From Desulfobacteraceae bacterium (GTDB lineage Bacteria; Desulfobacterota; Desulfobacteria; Desulfobacterales; JAIFKL01), in assembly GCA_020049595.1 (NCBI GenBank), contig JAIFKL010000306.1, positions 1-22,190 of the forward strand: 22,190 bases of DNA. The letters are read 5' to 3'. A program made the position numbers and the translations under genes. The notes beneath the pieces were generated by a model, which worked only from the letters and a program-made list of their open reading frames with translations, searched no databases and had not been told where the DNA came from. Every line of letters starts with the position of its first letter. The first letter of the stretch is position 1. Of this stretch, positions 1 to 9,355 are shown in pieces.

Positions 1-641
1 GCATAGACCAGAATTGTGACGGCGTTGACTTGTCATGTATGCTCCCGACAGATACAGATAAAGACTATGACGGCTTCAGCGAATATCAGGGCGACTGTAA
101 CGACAATAACGCTTCAATTCATCCGGGAGCTACGGAAATCTGCGGCGACAGCATAGATCAGGATTGCAGCGGCGCTGACTTGTCGTGTACGCCCTCGACA
201 GGCATGGATAAAGACAACGACGGTTTCACAGCAGAGAAAAGCGACTGCAACGACAATGACGCTTCAATTCATCCGGGGGCGACAGAAATATGCGGCGACG
301 GCACAGATCAGGATTGCGACGGGAAAGATACAGCCTGCGCTCCCCCGCCGGAAACAGACAGCGACAAAGACGGCTATACCATCGGTGACGGCGACTGTAA
401 CGACACGAATGCGGCTGTCCGCCCGGACGCGGAAGAAGAAATCTGCGGGGACCGTGTAGATCAGAACTGCGACGGCTATGACTGCGCCCGGACGCCGACC
501 GACAATGACGGAGACGGCTATTCGGTAAAAGTGAATGACTGCAACGACAGTGACGGGAGCGTTTATCCGGGTGCGGCGGAAATATGCGGCGACGGCATTG
601 ACCAGAACTGTGACGGTAAAGACCTGCCGTGTGGTGAGTAA
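1..641 (+). CDS. Cys-rich secreted repeat protein with MopE-like putative metal-binding motif repeats (5' partial; ORF continues upstream of window)
   Basis: The reading frame is open from nt 3, and the codons upstream of the ATG at 30 continue the same repeat (IDQNCDGVDLSC). Five tandem repeats of ~45 aa follow the pattern D-x-D-G-[FY]-x(5)-DCND-x-[ND]-A-x-[IV]-[HRY]P-[GD]A-x-E-x-CGD-x-x-DQ-[DN]C-x-G-x-D. This matches the putative metal-binding motif family named after Methylococcus MopE and common in Myxococcus. Stop TAA at 639-641. Confidence 0.7.
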   Translation, partial: IDQNCDGVDLSCMLPTDTDKDYDGFSEYQGDCNDNNASIHPGATEICGDSIDQDCSGADLSCTPSTGMDKDNDGFTAEKSDCNDNDASIHPGATEICGDGTDQDCDGKDTACAPPPETDSDKDGYTIGDGDCNDTNAAVRPDAEEEICGDRVDQNCDGYDCARTPTDNDGDGYSVKVNDCNDSDGSVYPGAAEICGDGIDQNCDGKDLPCGE

Positions 642-691
642 TTTACGCTATATGCAACTTTCGGGTAGCGGAAATGTTATTCTGAGCCGTT

Positions 692-714
692 CCTGTCATT
701 CTGAGCGGAGCGAA
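692..714 (+). repeat. Conserved ~20-nt flank motif TGTCATTCTGAGCGGAGCG preceding palindromic repeat array (second, inverted copy at 9061-9083)
   Basis: 19/20 identity with the reverse complement of 9061-9083. An imperfect tandem copy TGTTATTCTGAGCCGTTCC lies at 675-693. TGTCATT at 694-700 is the reverse complement of AATGACA at 714-720, the start of the array spacer. Confidence 0.5.
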
Positions 715-725
715 TAATGACATAA

Positions 726-846
726 AAGCAAAACGGGTTTCAAACCCGTTTTACAATGACAGAAAAGTAGAACGGGTTTCAAACCCGTTTTACAATGACA
801 GAAAAGTAGAACGGGTTTCAAAACGGGTTTCAAACCCGTTTTACGA
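726..846 (+). repeat. Tandem array (about 3.5 copies) of palindromic element GTAGAACGGGTTTCAAACCCGTTTTAC with ~13-nt AATGACAGAAAAG spacers
   Basis: Direct reading: AAACGGGTTT/AAACCCGTTT inverted arms, unit period ~40 nt. The third unit carries an extra half-arm (acgggtttcaaaacgggtttcaaacccg). The minus-strand ORF 696-908 is simply a translation of these repeats (KTGLKPVLLFCHC x3). Confidence 0.9.
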
Positions 847-992
847 AGTGTAGGGCGGGCATGAAATGCCCTTTTTGCAATTATCCCCTCACGAATGCAC
901 ATAACCAATCAAAAAAACACAGATTTCAGCCGCCGGCAGTTTCATGTTTATTTTACTTTTAATTCCCGTTCATTCAGGGTAAAATAAAAAAA

Positions 993-1061
993 TATCCGGC
1001 AGCGGTATAGAAAGAGGTGGCATCTCCCGCTCACCTGCTTCTATACCGCTGCCAAATATCC
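993..1061. promoter_or_regulatory. Long imperfect inverted repeat in the 5' leader of the AsmA-like gene
   Basis: ATATCCGGCAGCGGTATAGAA at 993-1013 pairs with TTCTATACCGCTGCCAAATATCC at 1039-1061. A nested AGGTG/CACCT pair sits inside the 26-nt loop. The element lies ~30 nt upstream of the ATG at 1093. Confidence 0.35.
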
Positions 1062-1092
1062 ATGCTGTTATCCGTGAATCCATTTAACTTCG

Positions 1093-4000
1093 GTGTGTGC
1101 ATCCGTGGCAAAAAATACACCCAAACACCGCATCATCTTGAAATATTTGAGCTTTCAATCTTTCAATTCCCCTTTTGCAAAGGAAGGCAGGAGGAAATTT
1201 CTTCTTGCGGCAATCCTCATTCTCACGGCAGCGGTTCTTTTAGTGCCTGATATTGTGTCAACAAAATGGTTCTGCGGCTTTCTTGAAACTCGGATTTCAA
1301 ATGCCGTGAAGCGACTGGTCAAAATTGAAAACCTGAAATGGCAATGGTCTGAGGGTCTGCTGATTCAGGGTTTTTCCATAGCAGACGATCCGAATTTTTC
1401 ACATCAGCCCATATTGTCCGTAGTCAGCGCAAAACTTCTTATAAACATTGAGATTTTCGGAAATAGGCGTCTCTGTCTCAACTTCATTTGCCGGGGTGCG
1501 GATATTCGTCTGATTCGTGACAGAAAGGGAGAGAGCAATCTGGAAAAATTACTCTCACAGATAATCTCTGCCGAAGACAAACAAAAAGAGAAGTCACAGC
1601 CGCCGTTTTTTCTGCCCCTTGATGTTCAAAGCGATATTCATCTGAATGACTTCTCTTTTCTGGCAGAAGACCGCTTGCGTGAAAAACAGCTTGCTTTAAA
1701 AAATGCCTCCCTGTATCTGGACATGCCTTCGCTTTATTCGGAACCAATAACTCTCACGCTCTCATCGGATGCGGAATTGGACGGGAAGAAATTTCCGCAG
1801 ATTCGTTTAAAAGCCATGAGCAAAAACCTCTTTGACGCCGAAGGCGCATTGAATCTGAACGGCGGCGAGATAAAGGCCGTGCTTCCCGGCCTACAGTTAG
1901 ACATCTGCGGCGATCTGTCTGCTCGTGAGATAAAAAGCGATATAAGCTTGGATTTAGAGCCGTTGAGCGACATTCTCAAGCCTTTTTTACCTCCCCCGAT
2001 GTCTGATAATGAGCTGTCAGGCAAAGTTAAATTTATCGCTGAAACTTCCGGCGATCCCTCGCAGGCTTTTGATTTTGATATGCGTCTTGAGGGCTTTGAT
2101 GTGAACATTTCCGGTGAATTGCTTAAAGGCAAACATCTCGGTCCCCTCAATTTCAGAATTGCCAATAAAGGCGATTTTGACTCAGGCAAAGAGAAATTGT
2201 CTGTTGAAGCCGGAGAGATTCATTTAGATAACAGCCGTCTTATCTGGAGCGGCACGGCATCAGGCATACTTCACGGCTCACCGGATTCTGTTGATATAAA
2301 AATCAATCCCTTAGAGATTAATCTGGAAGAATTTCTGACATCAATGCGTGCTGTTATGCCGCGGCTGATTTCCGGCAGTGAGATAAAAGGCAATTTGAAA
2401 CTTAGGGGAGAAACTCAGGGCAACTTTCGGAAAGCCTTTTCTTTTGATGCGAACTTGGAAGGAGATAAAGTGAGTATTTCCGGTAATCTGCTTAAAGGCA
2501 AACATCTCGGTCCTCTCAATTTCAGAATTTCAGATAAAGGCGATTTTGACTCAGATAAAGGAAAATTGTCTGTCGAAGCAGGAGAGATTCGTATCGGCAA
2601 CAGCCGTTTTGTCTATAACGGCGTGTTAGAGAGCCTGCATGACAGTCCGGCGATCAACTTAAATCTAAGCCGGTTACGATTTGATCTCGGAGAGCTGCTG
2701 AACGCCGCGAGTGATTTTCTGCCTGAGAAATTTCCGCTCAGTTTCAACTCAGGAGACAAGAGACAATCTCCGATTCTGGAAGCGCAGGATGCTGTGTTTT
2801 CGGGTCCCCTGTCCGCGGGCCCGAATCCTGCCGAGATAAATGACTTATCTCTCAATGTTCCCGATTTTCAGTTCAATTCAGACAAAATAAAGCTGTCAGG
2901 TTCGGAAATTAAGCTTATGATTCCTCATGTCAAAACAACTCTCCGAGATTTTTTTCCAGAAGATGCTTATTTAACTGCATCTTTAAACTTAGATTCACTC
3001 AGCATAATGGGAGAAAAAGAAATAGCGGTCAGAGACTTGGAAATTCCCAACCTGAGCTTTAAATCCGAGCAAATCCGAAAATCCGAAACAGCGCTGTTCG
3101 GTATTGTCTCATCTTTTTCGTTGCAAGAATCCCTTGCTGTCGCCGAATTTAATATGCCGTCATTATTCGGTGTTGCAGGTCTCAGACATTCTCTGACCGC
3201 AGAATGCGCTTTGTCAAACACAGATGCTGAAGTCAAGCTGAGAGAGTTAAAAATTTCTGCGCCGGTTTTGGCGATTGAGAAAAAGAAATCTTCAAGCTTG
3301 AAAACAAGTCTTGAACTTGATACACGCATAAACAGCGCAACGCTCCGGCGTCTCTCGCCTTTGAAATTGGATATAAGCGGCGCAAGATCACGAGTCATTG
3401 TCGGCGTTCCCGGTGAGAGCAGAAAACTTGTCTCATTGGAAATTCAGGCAGATGCAAAAGACACCGGCAAAAACCTTCTCAATACCAAAGGAAATCTCTC
3501 GACAAGCCTCGATATGCTCTCGAAAAACTTCGCTTCGCTTTTTATTTCTCATCTAGAAAAATCAGACCTGAAGGGAGATGCGGAATTTGGGTGGAATTTT
3601 TCAGGCAGGCTCCCGAATGATGCGGAAGTAAAGAAACTCAGTACATTTTCAACAACAGATGTTGAGCAAAACCTGAGTTTTCTTGAGCAATTGGATATTT
3701 TTACTCAGATGAAAGCGGTTGAGGCGGATGTGAAGCTCGGAAAGCAAAAGCGAGTGAAGATAAAGTCTCTTTCAACTTCTCCGATGAGATATAGTTTTGA
3801 CAGAAAAACCGGCAACGGAAAGCTGTCCGGCGAAATTTCCGCAGAAGGTATTGAAGAAATTCCTTCGCAGAAGCTTGAAAAGCCGTTGAGCCTTTACTTA
3901 TCATTTTCTGCTAATCATCATTATTTTCAATCGGTTTCGATTTCTCAATCCGCAGAAATAAAACCATCAGACATAAAGGCAAATCTGGATGTCTCTCTCT

Positions 4001-5181
4001 ACGGCATAGATAAAATGCTTCAAAAAGGGCTGGACAGTCCTTTGTCTTTGTGGCATAATAATCTCGGTGGAAAAATCCGTACAGTTGTGAGTGTTCCGAA
4101 CACTGCAAATGTCTCGTCGTTCCTGCCATGGCTTGATATTAAGGGCGGGGCTGACGCCGATGCGGAAGCAGAATCAGTTCCGGGCAAAAGCATCAGCGCA
4201 AAAGCCCGGATCAATGTCTCAGATGCAGATTTTCGGGCGGGAAATGCCTTCACGATGAAGGGTCTGAACGCCGATGTTCGTATCGGGAAGCACTACAAGA
4301 TACTGAAAGAGCAAAATCCGAATGCTGAACAGAAAGCCGGCCCCGAAAAAAAAGTCCGTCCTTTGTCTGCGGAGGTGATGGAGACAAATCCGCAGAAGCC
4401 TTTTACTTCCGGCGTCGGTGCGGTTCAAAGCTTCTTGAACAAAATGCAGAAACAAGTCAATGTGAGTCATACCTTTTCCTTTGCATCTGCCCGCATCGGC
4501 GCAAAACCGCCGCAATTTGAAATCGGTCAGACGGTCACAGACCTTGATCTGAGCCGAGAACTGCCCGGTCTGGATCATTTTCGTATTGACTTGCTGGGGG
4601 GAAGTGTAGTAGGTTCTGTTCTGACATCGGAAAAAAGCGGCGCAGGCTCGGAACCGCTTTATTTCGTGAAACTCCGGCTAAGTTTTTCAGGTCTGGATAT
4701 GGAAAAAATATTTCCCGATATGACTTACAAAGCCGGAGATGCGGAAGTGAGCGGGCAGTTGTCGCTTTCCTTTCCGCTGAGGACTGAACTCAAACCCTTG
4801 CTTCAGGAAACACAGCTTGATATTCAGTTTACGCATATCGGTCATCGGGCTGTTGAACGGATGCTTTATGCGCTCGACCCTTATGAAAGCAATGAGGCAA
4901 TTGTCTCCCAACGCGAACTTTTTCGTAAAGGAATCCCCCGCCGGATTGCTATCGCAGTGAAAGACGGGAATCTTTCACTGAGCGGCGAAATTGAAGCAAA
5001 AGGCATTTTGCTGGAAATCCCGCGTCTGGAAAGGCTCAACATTGCCAATATCTCAGGCATTGACAAACTCGGAGAATATCTCATTCACCTGAAAGCGATT
5101 GCTGAGATATTGAAAATCACCTCTGCAAATGTGTTGAAAATCAAAGAAAACGGAACAATAACAATGGACAGAGATGGATAA
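1093..5181 (+). CDS. Large envelope protein, AsmA-family/TamB-like (N-terminal signal-anchor, AsmA-type N-domain, internal ~122-aa tandem repeats)
   Basis: 1362-aa uninterrupted ORF. The N-terminus has basic residues followed by the hydrophobic stretch FLLAAILILTAAVLLV (signal anchor). After the TM segment the sequence resembles AsmA N-domains (…TRISNAVKRLVKIENLKWQWSEGLLIQGFSIADDPNFS). The rest is long and beta-rich and rich in D/S/G/L. Start is uncertain: an AGGAGG at 1189-1194 is in frame but no start codon follows it at proper spacing; the ATG at 1093 is taken from the track. Confidence 0.5.
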   Translation: MCASVAKNTPKHRIILKYLSFQSFNSPFAKEGRRKFLLAAILILTAAVLLVPDIVSTKWFCGFLETRISNAVKRLVKIENLKWQWSEGLLIQGFSIADDPNFSHQPILSVVSAKLLINIEIFGNRRLCLNFICRGADIRLIRDRKGESNLEKLLSQIISAEDKQKEKSQPPFFLPLDVQSDIHLNDFSFLAEDRLREKQLALKNASLYLDMPSLYSEPITLTLSSDAELDGKKFPQIRLKAMSKNLFDAEGALNLNGGEIKAVLPGLQLDICGDLSAREIKSDISLDLEPLSDILKPFLPPPMSDNELSGKVKFIAETSGDPSQAFDFDMRLEGFDVNISGELLKGKHLGPLNFRIANKGDFDSGKEKLSVEAGEIHLDNSRLIWSGTASGILHGSPDSVDIKINPLEINLEEFLTSMRAVMPRLISGSEIKGNLKLRGETQGNFRKAFSFDANLEGDKVSISGNLLKGKHLGPLNFRISDKGDFDSDKGKLSVEAGEIRIGNSRFVYNGVLESLHDSPAINLNLSRLRFDLGELLNAASDFLPEKFPLSFNSGDKRQSPILEAQDAVFSGPLSAGPNPAEINDLSLNVPDFQFNSDKIKLSGSEIKLMIPHVKTTLRDFFPEDAYLTASLNLDSLSIMGEKEIAVRDLEIPNLSFKSEQIRKSETALFGIVSSFSLQESLAVAEFNMPSLFGVAGLRHSLTAECALSNTDAEVKLRELKISAPVLAIEKKKSSSLKTSLELDTRINSATLRRLSPLKLDISGARSRVIVGVPGESRKLVSLEIQADAKDTGKNLLNTKGNLSTSLDMLSKNFASLFISHLEKSDLKGDAEFGWNFSGRLPNDAEVKKLSTFSTTDVEQNLSFLEQLDIFTQMKAVEADVKLGKQKRVKIKSLSTSPMRYSFDRKTGNGKLSGEISAEGIEEIPSQKLEKPLSLYLSFSANHHYFQSVSISQSAEIKPSDIKANLDVSLYGIDKMLQKGLDSPLSLWHNNLGGKIRTVVSVPNTANVSSFLPWLDIKGGADADAEAESVPGKSISAKARINVSDADFRAGNAFTMKGLNADVRIGKHYKILKEQNPNAEQKAGPEKKVRPLSAEVMETNPQKPFTSGVGAVQSFLNKMQKQVNVSHTFSFASARIGAKPPQFEIGQTVTDLDLSRELPGLDHFRIDLLGGSVVGSVLTSEKSGAGSEPLYFVKLRLSFSGLDMEKIFPDMTYKAGDAEVSGQLSLSFPLRTELKPLLQETQLDIQFTHIGHRAVERMLYALDPYESNEAIVSQRELFRKGIPRRIAIAVKDGNLSLSGEIEAKGILLEIPRLERLNIANISGIDKLGEYLIHLKAIAEILKITSANVLKIKENGTITMDRDG

Positions 5182-5210
5182 CATTATCTCGTTCCCACGC
5201 TCCGGTGAAG

Positions 5211-5269
5211 TAGAGCGGGTTTGAAACCCGCTTTTCTGGAATACGAAACGAGTTGGAAACTCGTTTTAC
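5211..5269 (+). repeat. Two variant copies of the palindromic element with compensatory stem changes (GTAGAGCGGGTTTGAAACCCGCTTTTC; AAACGAGTTGGAAACTCGTTTTAC)
   Basis: Compared with the consensus AACGGGTTT/AAACCCGTT, both arms change together (AGCGGGTTT/AAACCCGCT and AACGAGTT/AACTCGTT), so pairing is kept. Each stem is followed by a T-run. The copies lie between two plus-strand genes and could act as intrinsic terminators of the AsmA-like gene. Confidence 0.8.
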
Positions 5270-5328
5270 GCAGAGCGTTTGAATGAGATAAGAGACGGTC
5301 TTTTACTTATAAATAGGAGATAAAAAAA

Positions 5329-5891
5329 ATGAAAGTATTACTTCTTATCATGCTTATGTTCGTATCAGGCTGCACGCTGGCACAAGTAAAAGTTGAAGTG
5401 GTCAGCGAGCGCACCGCGCTGGAAAATCAGGTTCTCGGAACTTACAATTCCCTTGACAGTGAAATGCTTCTGCTGGCTTCGGTCAGAAGCGTGGATTCTG
5501 AAGGCAGCATTCAGAAGCCCCCGCGTCAAAGTCAGGAGCATAAGGACGCGATGACTGCAATTCAGGTTCAGTCATTTCACGCCGATGATGTTCAGGCATT
5601 TAAGCAATTGAGATGGGTCGGGGAAAATAATGAAGGGTTGCTGACGGCATTCCAGATGAGCAAAGAAAACGCGCCTGAAAATCTGAAAGATTTCGCTGCC
5701 AGATACACATCAGAAGAATTTAATGCCGTGATTTCCCAAGTCAATCAGTCAAGAGAGATCATCATGCTGCGAGTCATTGAGATGAATGAAAACCTGAAGG
5801 AAAGCGACATGCCGGAAATTCGCCGCATCTTCGGAAAGCTCAATGCGGAAAACGCCCTGAACGGCGAAAAGATTCAGTCCGAAAACGGGAC

Positions 5892-5910
<19 letters not shown>
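5329..5910 (+). CDS. Small periplasmic lipoprotein, possibly DUF1318/YdbL-like
   Basis: AGGAGA sits 9 nt upstream of the ATG. Signal peptide with lipobox LMFVSGC. A C-terminal GEKIQSENGTWTIKE motif resembles the conserved C-terminus of YdbL-type DUF1318 proteins. The stop overlaps priA by 19 nt. Confidence 0.45.
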
Positions 5911-8348
<2,438 letters not shown>

Positions 8349-8373
8349 CCTCTCCCACCCCTCCACCTCCCCT

Positions 8374-8434
8374 TTTTTAACCTCACCCCCGGCCCCCTCT
8401 CCGAAGGAGAGGGGGCCGGGGGTGAGGTTAAAAA
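8374..8434. repeat. Perfect 61-bp GC-rich palindrome (29-bp arms, GAA loop), preceded by a 30-nt all-pyrimidine tract (8349-8378)
   Basis: TTTTTAACCTCACCCCCGGCCCCCTCTCC GAA GGAGAGGGGGCCGGGGGTGAGGTTAAAAA lies immediately after the priA stop. A T-run precedes and an A-run follows it on both strands, so it is not a canonical intrinsic terminator in either direction. Confidence 0.85.
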
Positions 8435-8443
8435 CAAAAAAAA

Positions 8444-8472
8444 TTGACAAGCCCTTGATTATGTCACAATAA
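8444..8472 (+). promoter_or_regulatory. Possible sigma70-type promoter for the small ORF (TTGACA-17 nt-CAATAA)
   Basis: Consensus -35 TTGACA at 8444-8449 with a weak -10 candidate at 17-nt spacing. Sequence-only guess. Confidence 0.2.
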
Positions 8473-8532
8473 GATATTATATTTAACTTTAAACACATCA
8501 AACAACCCATCAGTTGAATAAGGAAAATAACA

Positions 8533-8721
8533 ATGATTACTCCTGTAAAAATTATCGGAGCCAATAAACTGCTTTCAGCCATGGGCAAAGCTCTGTTTGT
8601 TTCCAACATCATAAACACTGTCTCTTTTTTCGGTATCGGCAGCCTCATTATATGGCAGGTGTGGAGAGGCACGGAAGGCGTAAAGAAGCTGGGGACAAAA
8701 ATTGATGAATCCAAAAAATAA
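8533..8721 (+). CDS. Hypothetical small protein (62 aa) with one hydrophobic segment
   Basis: AAGGA sits 8 nt upstream of the ATG. The hydrophobic stretch VSFFGIGSLIIWQVW and a Lys-rich C-terminus are present. No family recognised. Confidence 0.4.
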   Translation: MITPVKIIGANKLLSAMGKALFVSNIINTVSFFGIGSLIIWQVWRGTEGVKKLGTKIDESKK

Positions 8722-8728
8722 AGGCTGG

Positions 8729-8811
8729 CTCGGAGTGCAAAAATTATCAGATACCCGTTTTTTGGCTTATGCAAAATAGCCTGATTTTATAAGACGCTTT
8801 TGCACTCCGGA
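8729..8811. terminator. Long-range inverted repeat (CTCGGAGTGCAAAA … TTTTGCACTCCGGAG) between convergent small genes; candidate bidirectional terminator
   Basis: 14-bp arms at 8729-8742 and 8797-8811 enclose a smaller GGCTTAT/ATAGCC stem. A CCCGTTTTTT half-copy of the dispersed repeat is also enclosed. Confidence 0.35.
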
Positions 8812-8817
8812 GTCTGA

Positions 8818-9015
8818 TTATTCCTCAATTTCCTCAATTTCGGCTTTGACAGGCACTTTCTTGTCGGAGGCCAGCAATAAAAATAAACCGATGATGGGGC
8901 CCAGCAGCAGCGAGCCGAAAAAATAGCCCCAAAATCCCATTTTCCTGTTGATCCCCATGAGTCCGATAACCAGACTCGCCACTGCCCATGCTATCGTTAT
9001 GATTGTCGGTGACAT
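8818..9015 (-). CDS. Small two-TM membrane protein, possibly PLDc_N-type (cardiolipin-synthase N-terminal-like) domain
   Basis: 65 aa with two hydrophobic helices. GSLLLGPIIGLFLLLASDKK resembles the P-x-x-G-x-x-x-Y/F-L-L-F-G-R/K motif of PLDc_N small membrane proteins. Acidic C-tail EIEEIEE. Weak SD. Confidence 0.4.
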   Translation of the reverse strand: MSPTIITIAWAVASLVIGLMGINRKMGFWGYFFGSLLLGPIIGLFLLLASDKKVPVKAEIEEIEE

Positions 9016-9060
9016 GGCATTCCCCGCCTTTTTTTAAAAAAAATAATAAAAACTTGGCAA

Positions 9061-9083
9061 CGCTTCGCTCAGAATGACAATCC
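9061..9083 (-). repeat. Inverted copy of flank motif (reverse complement GGATTGTCATTCTGAGCGAAGCG)
   Basis: See feature 692-714. Again adjacent to a palindromic array, but in the opposite orientation. Confidence 0.5.
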
Positions 9084-9113
9084 AGACCCTAAGGGTTTTA
9101 AAAACCCTTAGGG
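9079..9113. repeat. Perfect 35-bp palindrome CAGACCCTAAGGGTTTT-A-AAAACCCTTAGGGTCTG
   Basis: 17-bp arms, read directly. It lies downstream of the channel operon and upstream of the small membrane-protein gene. Confidence 0.85.
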
Positions 9114-9135
9114 TCTGATTTCAAACTACATAAAA

Positions 9136-9323
9136 GTAGAACGGGTTTCAAACCCGTTTTACTGAATGATATAAAAGCAGAACGGGTTTCAAAACCCGTT
9201 TTACTGAATGACATAAAAGTAGAACGGGTTTCAAACCCGTTTTACCGGGATAAAGTAAGCAGAACGGGTTTCAAAACCCGTTTTACTGAATGACAAAAAA
9301 GCAAAACGGGTTTCAAAATCACC
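9136..9323 (+). repeat. Tandem array (4.5 copies, period ~41 nt) of palindromic element G[TC]AGAACGGGTTTCAAA(A)CCCGTTTTAC with TGAATGACATAAAAG-type spacers
   Basis: Copies at 9136, 9177, 9219, 9259 and a half copy at 9301. Alternate copies have a one-A-longer loop (CAAAACCC). The spacers are near-identical to one another, so these are not CRISPR spacers. Confidence 0.9.
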
Positions 9324-9355
9324 TTCTTTTTCACCGCTGCCAAAAATTTAAAGCA

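Noticed and set aside
696-908. 70-aa minus-strand ORF
   Set aside because: It is a translation of the palindromic repeat array (KTGLKPVLLFCHC three times). No independent coding signal.
1017-1250. 77-aa plus-strand ORF upstream of or overlapping the AsmA-like start
   Set aside because: It overlaps the leader inverted repeat and the 5' end of the long ORF in another frame, with no SD. It is most likely non-coding.
1484-5084. Multiple 60-150-aa minus-strand ORFs inside the AsmA-like gene (1484-1747, 1734-2189, 2415-2600, 2613-2855, 2967-3398, 3701-4578, 4687-5084)
   Set aside because: They are antisense to a 4-kb uninterrupted ORF with coherent domain content. Two of them share a peptide only because of the internal DNA duplication. 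Low-complexity, no RBS.
8444-8472. Sigma70 promoter call upstream of the 62-aa ORF
   Set aside because: Not fully rejected, but the -10 is poor (CAATAA). It is kept only as a low-confidence feature.
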